Source: a virus
Virus record (IMG/VR): IMGVR_UViG_3300010389_003143
Span: 1-64,000 of that record
Reading direction: 5' to 3' (one strand)
DNA: 64,000 bases
Part shown: piece after piece, positions 47,317 through 57,201 of the stretch
Numbering within the stretch: position 1 is the stretch's first letter
Layout: each line of letters opens with the position of its first letter
Notes under the pieces: generated by a model
Database searches by the model: none
What the model was told of the DNA's origin: nothing
What the model saw: the letters and a program-made list of their open reading frames with translations, nothing else
Program-made: the position numbers and the translations under genes

Positions 47317-49803
47317 TTAGTTGCTAAAACCTAATTCATCATAGGTGTAATTTATAATAAAACCAGAATCATCTATTGTCTCTAGATTTAGCGGAGATCT
47401 CCAGGCCTCATATATGTATTCCATAACTTTCTCTGCATGGGTTACATCTAAGGTTCCTATATTTTTTGAAACATGGTCAAGTTGCAAAAAGCCATCTTCA
47501 ATACCCGTTATAGCTATAAGCGGTGCCCTATAATTATAAAGATCCTTCGTAAGCGATTCAACAACGCTATTTAGGTCTGTTCCGGTTATGTGAATGCCCC
47601 GATCTCCGCCAGGAGTCTGGATATCCTTATAACTAAACAGCTTAAGCTCTTGTGCCAACTCTTTTGTTAAATAATTTCTAATAAAGGATATATCGTCTTC
47701 CGTTTCTACAACTTTATAGACTTTCTCTAGCCCAGTCAGGCTTGAGGTGCCCTCCTCATGGAATCGGTCCCACCTTTCCTTTATATCTGTAAATATCTTA
47801 AAGCCTAAGAAATACGGGTTTATATTTAAGCTATTTCTTCCTGGCTGCACGACCTTTTCGTGAAGTCCACAGAAATCTAGATGCTCTCCATGATTTATAC
47901 ATTCCAAATCAGACATTAAGTAAGCGTGAACAAAGCTTGCAAATCCTTCGTTCATTATCTTTGTCATGTACTGCGGATAGAAGTAATAAGTTTCTTCCCT
48001 TATGATTTCAAGAATGTCTACCTGCCATGACTCAAGGCTATTTGAATAATTAATCAAGAACCATAGTATATCCTTTTCCGGATTGGGAGGAAATCTATTC
48101 TTTGGCACAACCATTTTTTTCGACATGGACTTTTCGTCCAGCAGGTCCGAGAACTCATCTTTTGCCACAGTCTTAAAGTACTTTTTCTTTCTTGGGTATT
48201 TGCTGCGCCTTAGACCTTTGTGCCAGTCTATATGCTTATCCAGAGCAAAGCCAATATCCATAATTCTTTCGACAGCGTCTATTCCGTATTTCTGAATATA
48301 TTCCTCTATTCTTTGCGCTCTTTCTGCGGCATGGTAGACCATCTTATTATCAGTTTTCTTAAATAAATAATTATTTTTAAAGAAATGACAGTTGTGAGCT
48401 ATCATTCCATTGTCAATAACAAAACTGTGATCTTCTTCAACTTCTATATCATAGACTGGGACCTCTTCGAGTAACTCGACTCTTCTTGCCATAGTCACTT
48501 TTGAAAATAGATGCTCATCGGTCTGCTCTGAAAAAGACCAAGTGCGATTTATCTCTTTCTCAAAATTGATATCGCAAATTTCAAGAAGCTTTCTGTGAGC
48601 CTTCCCATGTACACTTAAATCATAACAGGTTTTTCTGCCCTTCCGACTCCTGGACTTTATGCTTGCTTTAATTCCAAAATCTTTAAGAATGGACTTTGTC
48701 TTATAAGCCAGCTCACTACTTGTTGTGGTAAAGCTTGACTGGTATTTATCGCCCTTAATATGGCCATCACCCTCGAATAGGCCTCTAATCATGCCTATCA
48801 TAAAATCTCTTGGAGTATCCGGGTCTGCTGCAAAATTTGGAATAAATTTATTATTGGAGTGCCGACCACACTCTTTCTCAAGGAACATTCCAAATGACTT
48901 GTCATACACCATAACTCTCCTTGAAGAGTCAGACTCTCTTATGGTGACTCCGGTGTTTATGCCCAACTTTTCAAACCAGTTCTGAATAAAGTCCGAATAT
49001 GAGGCTTCATCTTTATGTAGCGAAAATGCAAAAGATGTATTGTTACGACTTCCTTCTGCTATATATAATCCAATTATTCTGCCAAAATCGCAGTCTAAAT
49101 CAACCTGATATCCGCCAAACTTATTGGCCAACTCCTTCTTCCATCTAGGTGTTGGTCTTGATACTTCTATGGGAATAAGTATGCTCTTTTTATTTTTGCT
49201 ATATGATATCTTTGGAGTTATCACCAAATCGTTTTCGGTAACGTCTTTTGCTTCGCACCAGAACATCATATTGTCACGCTTAATCAAAAGTCTATGCTCG
49301 GGGGTGCATCGCGATGGGCTTTCCTCTCCCTTTACTCGAATCTCAACCAGATCCTTTGTTTTTTTGGTTTCCCTTGACTCGATAACTTGGCGGTATCGAC
49401 CTTTGTGAGTTAAAACCATATCTCCTGGAACTATACTCTTTATGTCTACGAACCCCCTCGTTGTCTCGACCCTTGTGTCTCCGACAAAGCAGTGCCCAAT
49501 TACGTGAGCTATGACCATAGTATTTGCTATATCAGAGTTTGTATCCAGCAAGAATGCATAGGACGGGTTGTTATTCAAAACAACCTCATAAACCTTGGAA
49601 AAGCCCATTTCTCCTTGCATCTTCTGATAATCATAGGATTGGCCGTAACTCCAGTGCCTAGCCCTTGTTGGTAGTCCATAGCTGATAACCTCAAGCATTG
49701 TATCTTGAGATACAACCTCGTAATTTATCGGATAAGGGTCGAGATTCATATCTTCGGCCATCTTTTCCAAGATTTTTATTCTTTCAGTTAGGACCTTGTT
49801 CAT
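47317..49803 (-). CDS. spoVR: SpoVR/YcgB-family protein with intein (461-aa extein)
   Basis: GLPTRARHWSYG, YEVVLNNNP, AHVIGH..HFFKNN, TKIMNEGFAS, NPYFLG. Confidence 0.92.
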   Translation of the reverse strand: MNKVLTERIKILEKMAEDMNLDPYPINYEVVSQDTMLEVISYGLPTRARHWSYGQSYDYQKMQGEMGFSKVYEVVLNNNPSYAFLLDTNSDIANTMVIAHVIGHCFVGDTRVETTRGFVDIKSIVPGDMVLTHKGRYRQVIESRETKKTKDLVEIRVKGEESPSRCTPEHRLLIKRDNMMFWCEAKDVTENDLVITPKISYSKNKKSILIPIEVSRPTPRWKKELANKFGGYQVDLDCDFGRIIGLYIAEGSRNNTSFAFSLHKDEASYSDFIQNWFEKLGINTGVTIRESDSSRRVMVYDKSFGMFLEKECGRHSNNKFIPNFAADPDTPRDFMIGMIRGLFEGDGHIKGDKYQSSFTTTSSELAYKTKSILKDFGIKASIKSRSRKGRKTCYDLSVHGKAHRKLLEICDINFEKEINRTWSFSEQTDEHLFSKVTMARRVELLEEVPVYDIEVEEDHSFVIDNGMIAHNCHFFKNNYLFKKTDNKMVYHAAERAQRIEEYIQKYGIDAVERIMDIGFALDKHIDWHKGLRRSKYPRKKKYFKTVAKDEFSDLLDEKSMSKKMVVPKNRFPPNPEKDILWFLINYSNSLESWQVDILEIIREETYYFYPQYMTKIMNEGFASFVHAYLMSDLECINHGEHLDFCGLHEKVVQPGRNSLNINPYFLGFKIFTDIKERWDRFHEEGTSSLTGLEKVYKVVETEDDISFIRNYLTKELAQELKLFSYKDIQTPGGDRGIHITGTDLNSVVESLTKDLYNYRAPLIAITGIEDGFLQLDHVSKNIGTLDVTHAEKVMEYIYEAWRSPLNLETIDDSGFIINYTYDELGFSN
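48391..49491 (-). mobile_element. Intein (367 aa) in SpoVR with LAGLIDADG endonuclease
   Basis: AHVIGH|CFVGDT...CTPEH...IIGLYIAEG...IRGLFEGDG...VYDIEV..MIAHN|CHFF. Confidence 0.93.
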
Positions 49804-50990
49804 TTTTTAACCTCTTTGTATGCTCTTCCATCTATGTTAAAGAATAACTTTAACGCATCAAAAACTTCATCCTTAGATGATATCCTCATTGAAACGAATC
49901 TTGTTCTCTTTATTTCACCCTCTAGCATATAAGAGAGTTTCTTATCATCCGTCCCCCAAGAATATGAATCGCCAAGGTCTATTTCTCCATACCCTATTGC
50001 TCTGACCATCGGCAGCATTTTTTTAACGTAATCAATGACGAGCATGTTGTCATTAAACCAGTTGTCGCCGTCGCTGAACTCAAAAACATAATTATTCCAC
50101 TGATCAGCAGGGTGATGCTCACTCATATGCTCGTAGGCAAGCTTAAAGGCCGAAGAACACTTTGTGCCCCCAGAGCCGCTCATACTAAAGAATTCTTTTT
50201 CAGTTGTAGTAAATGCACTTACATCATGGGCGATAAAAACAAGTGATATATTTTTATATCGCCTCTTAAGAAACTGAACCATCCAGAAATAAAAGCTCTT
50301 TGCAATAAAGACTTTATCTTGTGTCATGGAGCCACTGATGTCCATCATAAGATAAACCGCAGCGTTTGATAAATACTCTTTATTTACCTCATAATGGCGA
50401 TACCTTAAATCGTCTTCATTGATTCCGCCGATTTTCGCCTCACCTTTTGCAGCGTTTCTCTTTAGGTTTTGAATTAAAGTCTTTTTTAGATCTAGATTTG
50501 GATAAATACCCTTTTTATTTATAGAGGAAAGCTCCTCTGTCTCTATCTCTATAAAAGAAGACTTCTCCGGCTCCATCCATGGGAGATTTAGCTCATCCAT
50601 AAGGATCTCAACAAGCTCATCTATGGTGACTTCTGCATCATAGAAGACCTCGCCCTCTTTGTCGCCTGCCTTATCTCCTTTTCCCTTTCCTTTCTTCTTT
50701 TTATTTATCCTAAATTTATCACCGCCCTTGACATCGAGGCCTTGGCCTGTGCCTGAGCTGTTATTTAGCTTTCCGTACTTAAACTTATACCTATCGAGAA
50801 ATCTAATCGGCACCTTTATCTTTTTATCGCCATCGGACGTAATGATATTGTGCTCAGTGATTAAGTCCTTTCCGTTTTTGCGTATAGCATCGTTTACAAG
50901 CTTTTTGTGCCTCTCAGAGTCTCTCTTGCCCCTTTGCTTTAGCTTCCAAATATCGGAAAGATTTTCACGCGATTTCGGAGAGCCAGACAT
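49800..50990 (-). CDS. yhbH: YeaH/YhbH-family vWA protein
   Basis: RDSERH, DDLRYR, MMDISGSM, GGTKCSSA, FEFSDGDNW. Confidence 0.9.
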   Translation of the reverse strand: MSGSPKSRENLSDIWKLKQRGKRDSERHKKLVNDAIRKNGKDLITEHNIITSDGDKKIKVPIRFLDRYKFKYGKLNNSSGTGQGLDVKGGDKFRINKKKKGKGKGDKAGDKEGEVFYDAEVTIDELVEILMDELNLPWMEPEKSSFIEIETEELSSINKKGIYPNLDLKKTLIQNLKRNAAKGEAKIGGINEDDLRYRHYEVNKEYLSNAAVYLMMDISGSMTQDKVFIAKSFYFWMVQFLKRRYKNISLVFIAHDVSAFTTTEKEFFSMSGSGGTKCSSAFKLAYEHMSEHHPADQWNNYVFEFSDGDNWFNDNMLVIDYVKKMLPMVRAIGYGEIDLGDSYSWGTDDKKLSYMLEGEIKRTRFVSMRISSKDEVFDALKLFFNIDGRAYKEVKK

Positions 50991-50992
50991 TA

Positions 50993-53900
50993 TTAATTCC
51001 TTGCCATTAAGGAGCTTACGTATCTGAGAAGCTTGTTTGCGCTTTCTGCGTTGTATCCATGCTTATCGCATAGAGTCTGCACAACTACGTTTACTCTCTT
51101 TAGCTCTTCTTCGTCGGGGTTTCTGGCAGATACGGTTAGTCGAATGACATCCTGCCTCTCATCGAATAGCTGCTTCTGAAGGGCCTCTCTGAGCTTTGCG
51201 TGCTCTCTGTAGTCATAAGCGCCACCATTTGTTCTGGCGGACTTAAGCATCTTTCTGTAGATCTCCTGGCGGAATGAGTTTTTGCCAGACTCAGTAATCC
51301 CAACCTTCTCTTCGATTGAGCGCATCAGCCTCTCATTCGGAGGAGAATACTCGCCCCATTCGTCCTCAATCTTTGCTCCATCGAGGTAAGCGCCGACATG
51401 ATCCATGTAGTTGGACAGAAGGTTCTGAATCTCAGACTCGAAGTTTACGAAGAATGCCTTCTGGACCTCATTTCTGGCAATCTTAGAATACTCCTCGATA
51501 ACTGTCGTAAGGATATTGTCCAGGCGGTCAATCTCCTCCTTATCGAGCTTCGGATTTGAACTAAAGCCATCTCTAATTGCTCTGATTGCATCGATAGGAG
51601 TGAGGCAGCTGGTTCCGTCTTGAGCTAGAGCTGATGAAAGCCTATTTATAATGTATCTCGGAGAAACACCGCCCATGCCCTCTGCCTCAAATTCTTTCTT
51701 GAGAGTTGGTACATCGGATTGAGAGAATCCGTCGACCTCCTCTCCATCATAAAGCTTCATCTTGTTTAGCTGAGTTAGGCCATTATTCTTAGAATCCTTA
51801 AGTCTAGATAGAATTGCGAACATTGCTGCGCAATGCAGCGTGTAAGGCGCTATATGTACGTTCTTGAACATAGCCTGGCCGATAAGCTTCTCGTAGATCC
51901 TTACTTCCTCTGATACCTCAAGGTTATAGGGAACCTTTACGACAATAATTCTGTCATGAAGGGCTTCCATTTCGTCCTTTGCTAGGAAACGCTTATACTC
52001 GGTCTCGTTAGTGTTATGGCAAAGAACCTGCCCTATACCTGCGACGAATGAGTGATTTCCTTCACATGCAATGTCGAATACTTCTAGTGACTCTACATAT
52101 AGAGATTCTATTTTATTTACACCAGCATTTGTATTCTTTAGCCTAAAACGGATACCGTAGGCATCTTTTCCAGTTGTCGTGTAACCATGATAAATCGAGT
52201 AATCCTTACCCAGAATAGAGGATATAAATCCAACTTGGGAGGCAAGCATCTTTGAAGTAGTTTTGTATCTAAAGAAGTTTTCCTCATACTCTTCACTTGC
52301 ATTATCAAAGTAGAAGTTTGTGGAGCCATCACCTTTTACTAATTCGTCTAAGAAAAATGTTAGCATCTCATTGCTTAGATTGAATACAAAGTTCGGAACC
52401 TTCTTGCCATCGGAGTATTTGCCGCAGTTTAGCTCCAAGAGGTCTTTCCATATCTTGGTTGACAAATGAAGTCTGCTTGTTCTATCTTTTTTATCGCTTC
52501 TGTCCTGAAGAGAAGATGTGGAGGTGCTAATTCTTTCGGACGCAGACTTTATGAGGCTAAGCTCGTTTAATGACTGCTGACTAATAATGGCATGAGCGCT
52601 ATTTACATGTCCCTCAGTAATATACCATGCCATAGTTTTTAGCAAATCTTTTACATCTTGAGTGTCCTTAAGATTGTATCTAACTTTAACTTTATTTTTT
52701 CTAAATTGGCCATTACCCTTATATCCTTCGATATCCTTTATTCTGGCATAGCCATCATCATCAACTTCCATATCTTCTGATAGCTCCAAGGTAAAGCTCT
52801 CTGCAACTTCAATTAGCGGAGCTTCTCTTAGGGCGCAAACATCTAGTTTATCCTCGGGATAGAATGGCTCAAGATCATCAGAGTAAATAGAGTGATTATA
52901 CGTAGTTTCTACAACTCCATTTTTTTGAATAGTTTTAATTAGATTTCCAGTAAATGGATGGCTATAAAAATTCTTTACCTTTGTCCATTCAAATTCTTTT
53001 GTATTTAAATTCATGGCAATAACTTCAATGTTAGTATCGCCCGCCCTAGCTAGATCTGCGATTGTATCAAACTTTACTAGTCCATCTTTTCTATAGGGAA
53101 CAGGCTCATCGCCAACAATACTATGAGCTAGCAAAAACTCGTCAGCATAAATGAACGGAAATCTGCCAGTTTTAATATTTTTCTCTTGAGCAAGGGTCAG
53201 GAGAACATAAAGGAACTTCTGATCGACTTTGAGCATCTCAACGAACTCCATGATGCCTCTATTCGCTACGTTCAGCTCTCCATCAAAGCGGTAGGCTCTG
53301 GGGTCTGACTCAGAACCGAATTCGCCAATCTTGCTCAAGTCCATTGAGCCTACAAGCTCGGATACATCCTGACTCTTCTTGTCTGATGGAACAAACGTTC
53401 CCACTCCTATTCTGGACTGCTCTGAGAAGAACATTCTTTCTACAGGCAGCTTAAGAAAGTCTCCATCATACTTTTCCTTTAGGATAAGGTCCATGTAAGG
53501 AGAAAGCTTTCCATCAATCTTTATGCCATAATCGTCAAAGAACTTCTGCCTTAGTGATTCGGGGATAGCAGTAAGCGGATCCTCATACATTGGAGACTCT
53601 GATAAGCAGTAGGTCTGGCCCTCATCCGTCTTGGCGAACTTCTCAAGACCTCTCTTCAGGGAGACGGCTAGCTGGGACTTTCCGGAAGAAGTGGGTCCGT
53701 ATAGCAGAAGGATTCTTCTGGAAACCTCAGACCCGGCGGAAGCAGCCTTTAGGTAGGACATAATCTCTGTAAGCGATTCATCTATTCCGAAAAGATCCTG
53801 GTCAAAGAAGTTGTATTTCGTGATATTGCCATCCTCATCGCGCTCGATGCCTTGGGACTCAATCATTCTCAGAACTCTGGTGTGAGAACTCATATGAATT

Positions 53901-54022
53901 TCTGGATTTTCCGTAACCATGCCAATATAGTCAGCAAGAGTCCCGCTCCAGTTTAGTGAACTTTCTTCGTCAACATGATTTTCTAATAGCTTTAGAAGAT
54001 TTGTTTTCTTAGATTGAGGCAT
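50993..54022 (-). CDS. prkA: PrkA/YeaG AAA+ ATPase/kinase with intein (639-aa extein)
   Basis: LYGPTSSGKS, GSESDPRAYRFDGELNVANRGIMEFVEMLK, AH|TNETEY, VPYNL. Confidence 0.93.
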   Translation of the reverse strand: MPQSKKTNLLKLLENHVDEESSLNWSGTLADYIGMVTENPEIHMSSHTRVLRMIESQGIERDEDGNITKYNFFDQDLFGIDESLTEIMSYLKAASAGSEVSRRILLLYGPTSSGKSQLAVSLKRGLEKFAKTDEGQTYCLSESPMYEDPLTAIPESLRQKFFDDYGIKIDGKLSPYMDLILKEKYDGDFLKLPVERMFFSEQSRIGVGTFVPSDKKSQDVSELVGSMDLSKIGEFGSESDPRAYRFDGELNVANRGIMEFVEMLKVDQKFLYVLLTLAQEKNIKTGRFPFIYADEFLLAHSIVGDEPVPYRKDGLVKFDTIADLARAGDTNIEVIAMNLNTKEFEWTKVKNFYSHPFTGNLIKTIQKNGVVETTYNHSIYSDDLEPFYPEDKLDVCALREAPLIEVAESFTLELSEDMEVDDDGYARIKDIEGYKGNGQFRKNKVKVRYNLKDTQDVKDLLKTMAWYITEGHVNSAHAIISQQSLNELSLIKSASERISTSTSSLQDRSDKKDRTSRLHLSTKIWKDLLELNCGKYSDGKKVPNFVFNLSNEMLTFFLDELVKGDGSTNFYFDNASEEYEENFFRYKTTSKMLASQVGFISSILGKDYSIYHGYTTTGKDAYGIRFRLKNTNAGVNKIESLYVESLEVFDIACEGNHSFVAGIGQVLCHNTNETEYKRFLAKDEMEALHDRIIVVKVPYNLEVSEEVRIYEKLIGQAMFKNVHIAPYTLHCAAMFAILSRLKDSKNNGLTQLNKMKLYDGEEVDGFSQSDVPTLKKEFEAEGMGGVSPRYIINRLSSALAQDGTSCLTPIDAIRAIRDGFSSNPKLDKEEIDRLDNILTTVIEEYSKIARNEVQKAFFVNFESEIQNLLSNYMDHVGAYLDGAKIEDEWGEYSPPNERLMRSIEEKVGITESGKNSFRQEIYRKMLKSARTNGGAYDYREHAKLREALQKQLFDERQDVIRLTVSARNPDEEELKRVNVVVQTLCDKHGYNAESANKLLRYVSSLMARN
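52013..53122 (-). mobile_element. Intein (370 aa, Ser1) in PrkA with LAGLIDADG-type domain
   Basis: FLLAH|SIVGDE...TTYNHSI...AWYITEG...ELVKGDG...VLCHN|TNETEY. Confidence 0.92.
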
Positions 54023-54025
54023 GAT

Positions 54026-54313
54026 TTAGTTTTCTCCATATATATTTCTAATTGTTCTCGAATCACCGGACCTAACTTTATTAGCAATTTTTTTGGCTTC
54101 TTCTTTTATCTCGCTAATAATTGTTTCTTTATCCTTTTTTATCTTACTAGATAAAGTGCCAAATGTTTGAGTGAATTCGCAAATATCGTTGCATTTATTA
54201 CACTCTATTTTTTTAAAATGACCAGAATTTTTCAGCTCTAAATAGAGGGCTATAGAAAAGCTGTATTCCACCTCTTCTGAGCAATTAGTGCAAGAATATC
54301 TGTATTTAGCCAC
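54026..54313 (-). CDS. FmdB-like Zn-ribbon protein
   Basis: KYRYSCTNC...ECNKC. Confidence 0.65.
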   Translation of the reverse strand: MAKYRYSCTNCSEEVEYSFSIALYLELKNSGHFKKIECNKCNDICEFTQTFGTLSSKIKKDKETIISEIKEEAKKIANKVRSGDSRTIRNIYGEN

Positions 54314-54499
54314 CTACTCTTCCTCTTCTGAATTATATATTACGATATCTTTTTCTACTTTTAGCTTGCCAGCTAAAGAAAAATCTCTTAATATTTTCTT
54401 TTTAAATTTCGCGTCGGTAACCCTAATTGTTATCTCTAGGTCATTAGACTTTGGGTTGTATAGAAAGTTTTTTATCTTACCTATTTCTTTTTCCGTCAT
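54314..54499 (-). CDS. Hypothetical protein
   Basis: Abuts neighbours. Confidence 0.5.
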   Translation of the reverse strand: MTEKEIGKIKNFLYNPKSNDLEITIRVTDAKFKKKILRDFSLAGKLKVEKDIVIYNSEEEE

Positions 54500-54824
54500 A
54501 AAGCGACTCTATTGCTGTTTTGATATGAGGGTTGTCTATTTCATTCAAAAGAAATAGCAGATCTGTTTGAGGCAGTTTTTCTATTTTAGCAATTGATGAC
54601 AGTGGCACATGCAATATAAAGCTAGGCTTTTCACCTGCAGATAATCCTTCAAAATCATCGCTAATCGGCACAACTGCAAGTGAGTCATCTTTCATGCTAA
54701 TGCTATTTACTATATATTTTTTAGAAATATCTGCATATATTGTTTTTAAAATAATTAAGTCATTTTTGCGAATAGATTCGATGTTATATTTCATTTTCAT
54801 CACCAAAATCTTCCGCCCAGTCAT
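54477..54824 (-). CDS. Hypothetical protein (start probably ~54797)
   Basis: ORF track. Confidence 0.5.
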   Translation of the reverse strand: MTGRKILVMKMKYNIESIRKNDLIILKTIYADISKKYIVNSISMKDDSLAVVPISDDFEGLSAGEKPSFILHVPLSSIAKIEKLPQTDLLFLLNEIDNPHIKTAIESLYDGKRNR

Positions 54825-56151
54825 CCGGCATATCTTCTATTCTAGAGTTTGGAAATACCTTTCTTAGCGATACTTTGCCCTTCGCACCGTCTCGGTTTTT
54901 AACTATATGGATCTCCATATCTTCGCGAAGGCGCTCGTCTTCCCTGTTGGCTATTATAAACACGACCGCAGCGTTATCTCCAATCATTTTTGAGCGTCCA
55001 AGATCTTCGAGAGAGACATCGTCAAGCTTTTTGCCGCCGGTCTTTTTCTGCTGAGCCTTTCTTTGCGCCGCAGTTACAACTGGAATATTCTTTTTCCTGC
55101 AAAACTCATGAAGCTCCTCTGACACTCGGCCTACATCTAGCCAATCTGATCCAACCTGACCTATCGTGGGCTTCATTAGCTGCAGGTAATCCACGAATAC
55201 AGCATCTGGCTTGAAAACTCCAAGAAGATTTTCATACTTAGCCTCGATCTCCCCCATTGTTGTTCCGCGAGGCATGTCCAGAACGTAAAATACTTTATCA
55301 TAATCTTTTTGAAAATCTAAATTAGCAAGCCATCTCTTTTCTTCTACGTCGGTAAGCTGCGCTCTTGCGATGCCTCTGTGTCTTACATTTGCCACATTTG
55401 CATCCACCCTTTGCTCTAGCTGCTTTTTGCTCATCTCAAGAGATATATAAAGAACATTTTTTCCATCGTTGAATCCGGTAACGCCCTCAGACGGGACGTT
55501 GCTTCCAAGCCATGCATTAATTGCCATGTTCATCATCAACATTGACTTACCAGAAGAGCTTGCGCCGCCAATTACAAGCATCTCAGAGTTTTTAATGCCC
55601 CAGGTGTAATCATCCAGCTCTTTGTAACCAGATAGAAAACCTCTAATTTCATCCGGGTTCTCCATCGTATATTTATAGTCGTCCACTCTTGAGTCAACGG
55701 ACTGAGTTACGTTGCCCTCGGTAAAAACGTCAGATTTATAGAGCCTTTCTGTTTTGGATATTATCCTTTTTAGCTCATCGTTGTAGTCGACCAACGATTC
55801 ATAATCCGAATCCAGCTCTTCTGCTTTTTCTGCAAGACGATCGATTAGATATTTGTTATATCTTTCTTTTATTCGATCAATATAGAAGCCTATTTCATTA
55901 GCGCTACAACTTTCACCTCTGATAAAGTCTATTATTTCGGTCTCTTCCTCTTCTGCATCAAGAAGCTTTTCCAGAACCTCATACGATGGAGGACTCTTGT
56001 GTCTGGAGTAATAAGAGTGAATTTGAAGTGTAGCAGGCTTAAAGCTTGGGAGGACAACCAGCTTCAAGAGATCAAACTCTATCTGCATATAAACATCATT
56101 TACATTGGATGATCCCTTGAGCATCCAATTTAAAATTTTGGCATCATGCAT
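54784..56151 (-). CDS. dnaB: DnaB-like SF4 replicative helicase
   Basis: GGASSSGKS, ISLEM, FVDYLQLM, VTAAQ, KNRDG. Confidence 0.9.
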   Translation of the reverse strand: MHDAKILNWMLKGSSNVNDVYMQIEFDLLKLVVLPSFKPATLQIHSYYSRHKSPPSYEVLEKLLDAEEEETEIIDFIRGESCSANEIGFYIDRIKERYNKYLIDRLAEKAEELDSDYESLVDYNDELKRIISKTERLYKSDVFTEGNVTQSVDSRVDDYKYTMENPDEIRGFLSGYKELDDYTWGIKNSEMLVIGGASSSGKSMLMMNMAINAWLGSNVPSEGVTGFNDGKNVLYISLEMSKKQLEQRVDANVANVRHRGIARAQLTDVEEKRWLANLDFQKDYDKVFYVLDMPRGTTMGEIEAKYENLLGVFKPDAVFVDYLQLMKPTIGQVGSDWLDVGRVSEELHEFCRKKNIPVVTAAQRKAQQKKTGGKKLDDVSLEDLGRSKMIGDNAAVVFIIANREDERLREDMEIHIVKNRDGAKGKVSLRKVFPNSRIEDMPDDWAEDFGDENEI

Positions 56152-56822
56152 TATTTTCTCCGATAATCTTTGCCGCCAACGATAAACACGTCGACATGTC
56201 GTGACCTAAGTGATTTGAAAGATTTTGCGAAGAACCCCCCAAATATAGAATCTAAGTCATTATCATTTGAGCATAATATGGTCGGCAATTGGTTCTGGAA
56301 CCTTGTTCGCAAAACATACTCAAGAGAAGTACCAAATAGCTGCTCGGCCTTCTCGGATGGAAAAATCCAATGAGATGAAAATTCATCTATAACGAGAAAG
56401 TCCTTGCCGATGAGTTCCTCATAGTATTTCGAGGTATCCATCTGGCTGGATAGCATGTTTGCAACAACATCCGCCATAGTTGTGTATAGTGCCGAATACC
56501 TATTTGCTATCGCAAGTTTTAATATGCAACATGCGGTATAGGTCTTCCCGGTACCAAGATTTCCTGCAAAGATTAGCGACTTACCTGCATCATATAGGGC
56601 GTCTATATCTTCTATTCTTTGCTTTATCGTTCTCTTAAAGTTTGGGTCACCCTCAAAGTCCTTGAAAGACTTCGACCAATACTCTACCGGAATATTCGCG
56701 GAACAATATTTGTCTAGTCTTGCGGATTTTGCCTCGCACCTTATGCAACCATCTCCTGAACAGGCGGTACAAGACTCCTTAACCTGCTCTTTTTTTCTCT
56801 CAATCTTTTTCCTCGGAATCAC
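56151..56822 (-). CDS. dnaC: DnaC/IstB-like helicase loader
   Basis: N-terminal CxxC..CxxC; GNLGTGKT; LVIDEF; R..NQLPTILCSN; adjacent to the helicase. Confidence 0.85.
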   Translation of the reverse strand: MIPRKKIERKKEQVKESCTACSGDGCIRCEAKSARLDKYCSANIPVEYWSKSFKDFEGDPNFKRTIKQRIEDIDALYDAGKSLIFAGNLGTGKTYTACCILKLAIANRYSALYTTMADVVANMLSSQMDTSKYYEELIGKDFLVIDEFSSHWIFPSEKAEQLFGTSLEYVLRTRFQNQLPTILCSNDNDLDSIFGGFFAKSFKSLRSRHVDVFIVGGKDYRRK

Positions 56823-57201
56823 TCTCTACCTCGAATAATAGATTTGATTTTATATCCTTATCTCCAAAGAATACAGAAAATTCATCCTCATCTTTTGAGC
56901 CAACTAAAGATGATGGAATCGAAAGGGTAGAATCTGCATACGATATTCCGTTCATTGGGAAGTCATTGGCAGGCCCACTTGGGCGACCCTCCGGAACAGG
57001 ATAGTCGTAGCCTGCTTTTTCGTCAACAGGTTTTTGCAAAACAGACATACAAGCTACCTTATCCCTCATTATAATCGATAGAATATCATTATTTTCTATA
57101 ATAATTTTTTGATCTTTAAAAATCTTTACCCGACCTGATATTTGCCAGCCACCGTCTAAATAGAATACGACGTTCTTTCCTATTATAACTGAATTATCCA
57201 T
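56800..57201 (-). CDS. Sm/Hfq-like domain protein with acidic tail (start probably 57201)
   Basis: VVFYLDGGWQISGRVKIFKDQKIIIEN..SIIMRDKVACM resembles Hfq Sm1/Sm2 spacing. Confidence 0.45.
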   Translation of the reverse strand: MDNSVIIGKNVVFYLDGGWQISGRVKIFKDQKIIIENNDILSIIMRDKVACMSVLQKPVDEKAGYDYPVPEGRPSGPANDFPMNGISYADSTLSIPSSLVGSKDEDEFSVFFGDKDIKSNLLFEVESDSEEKD

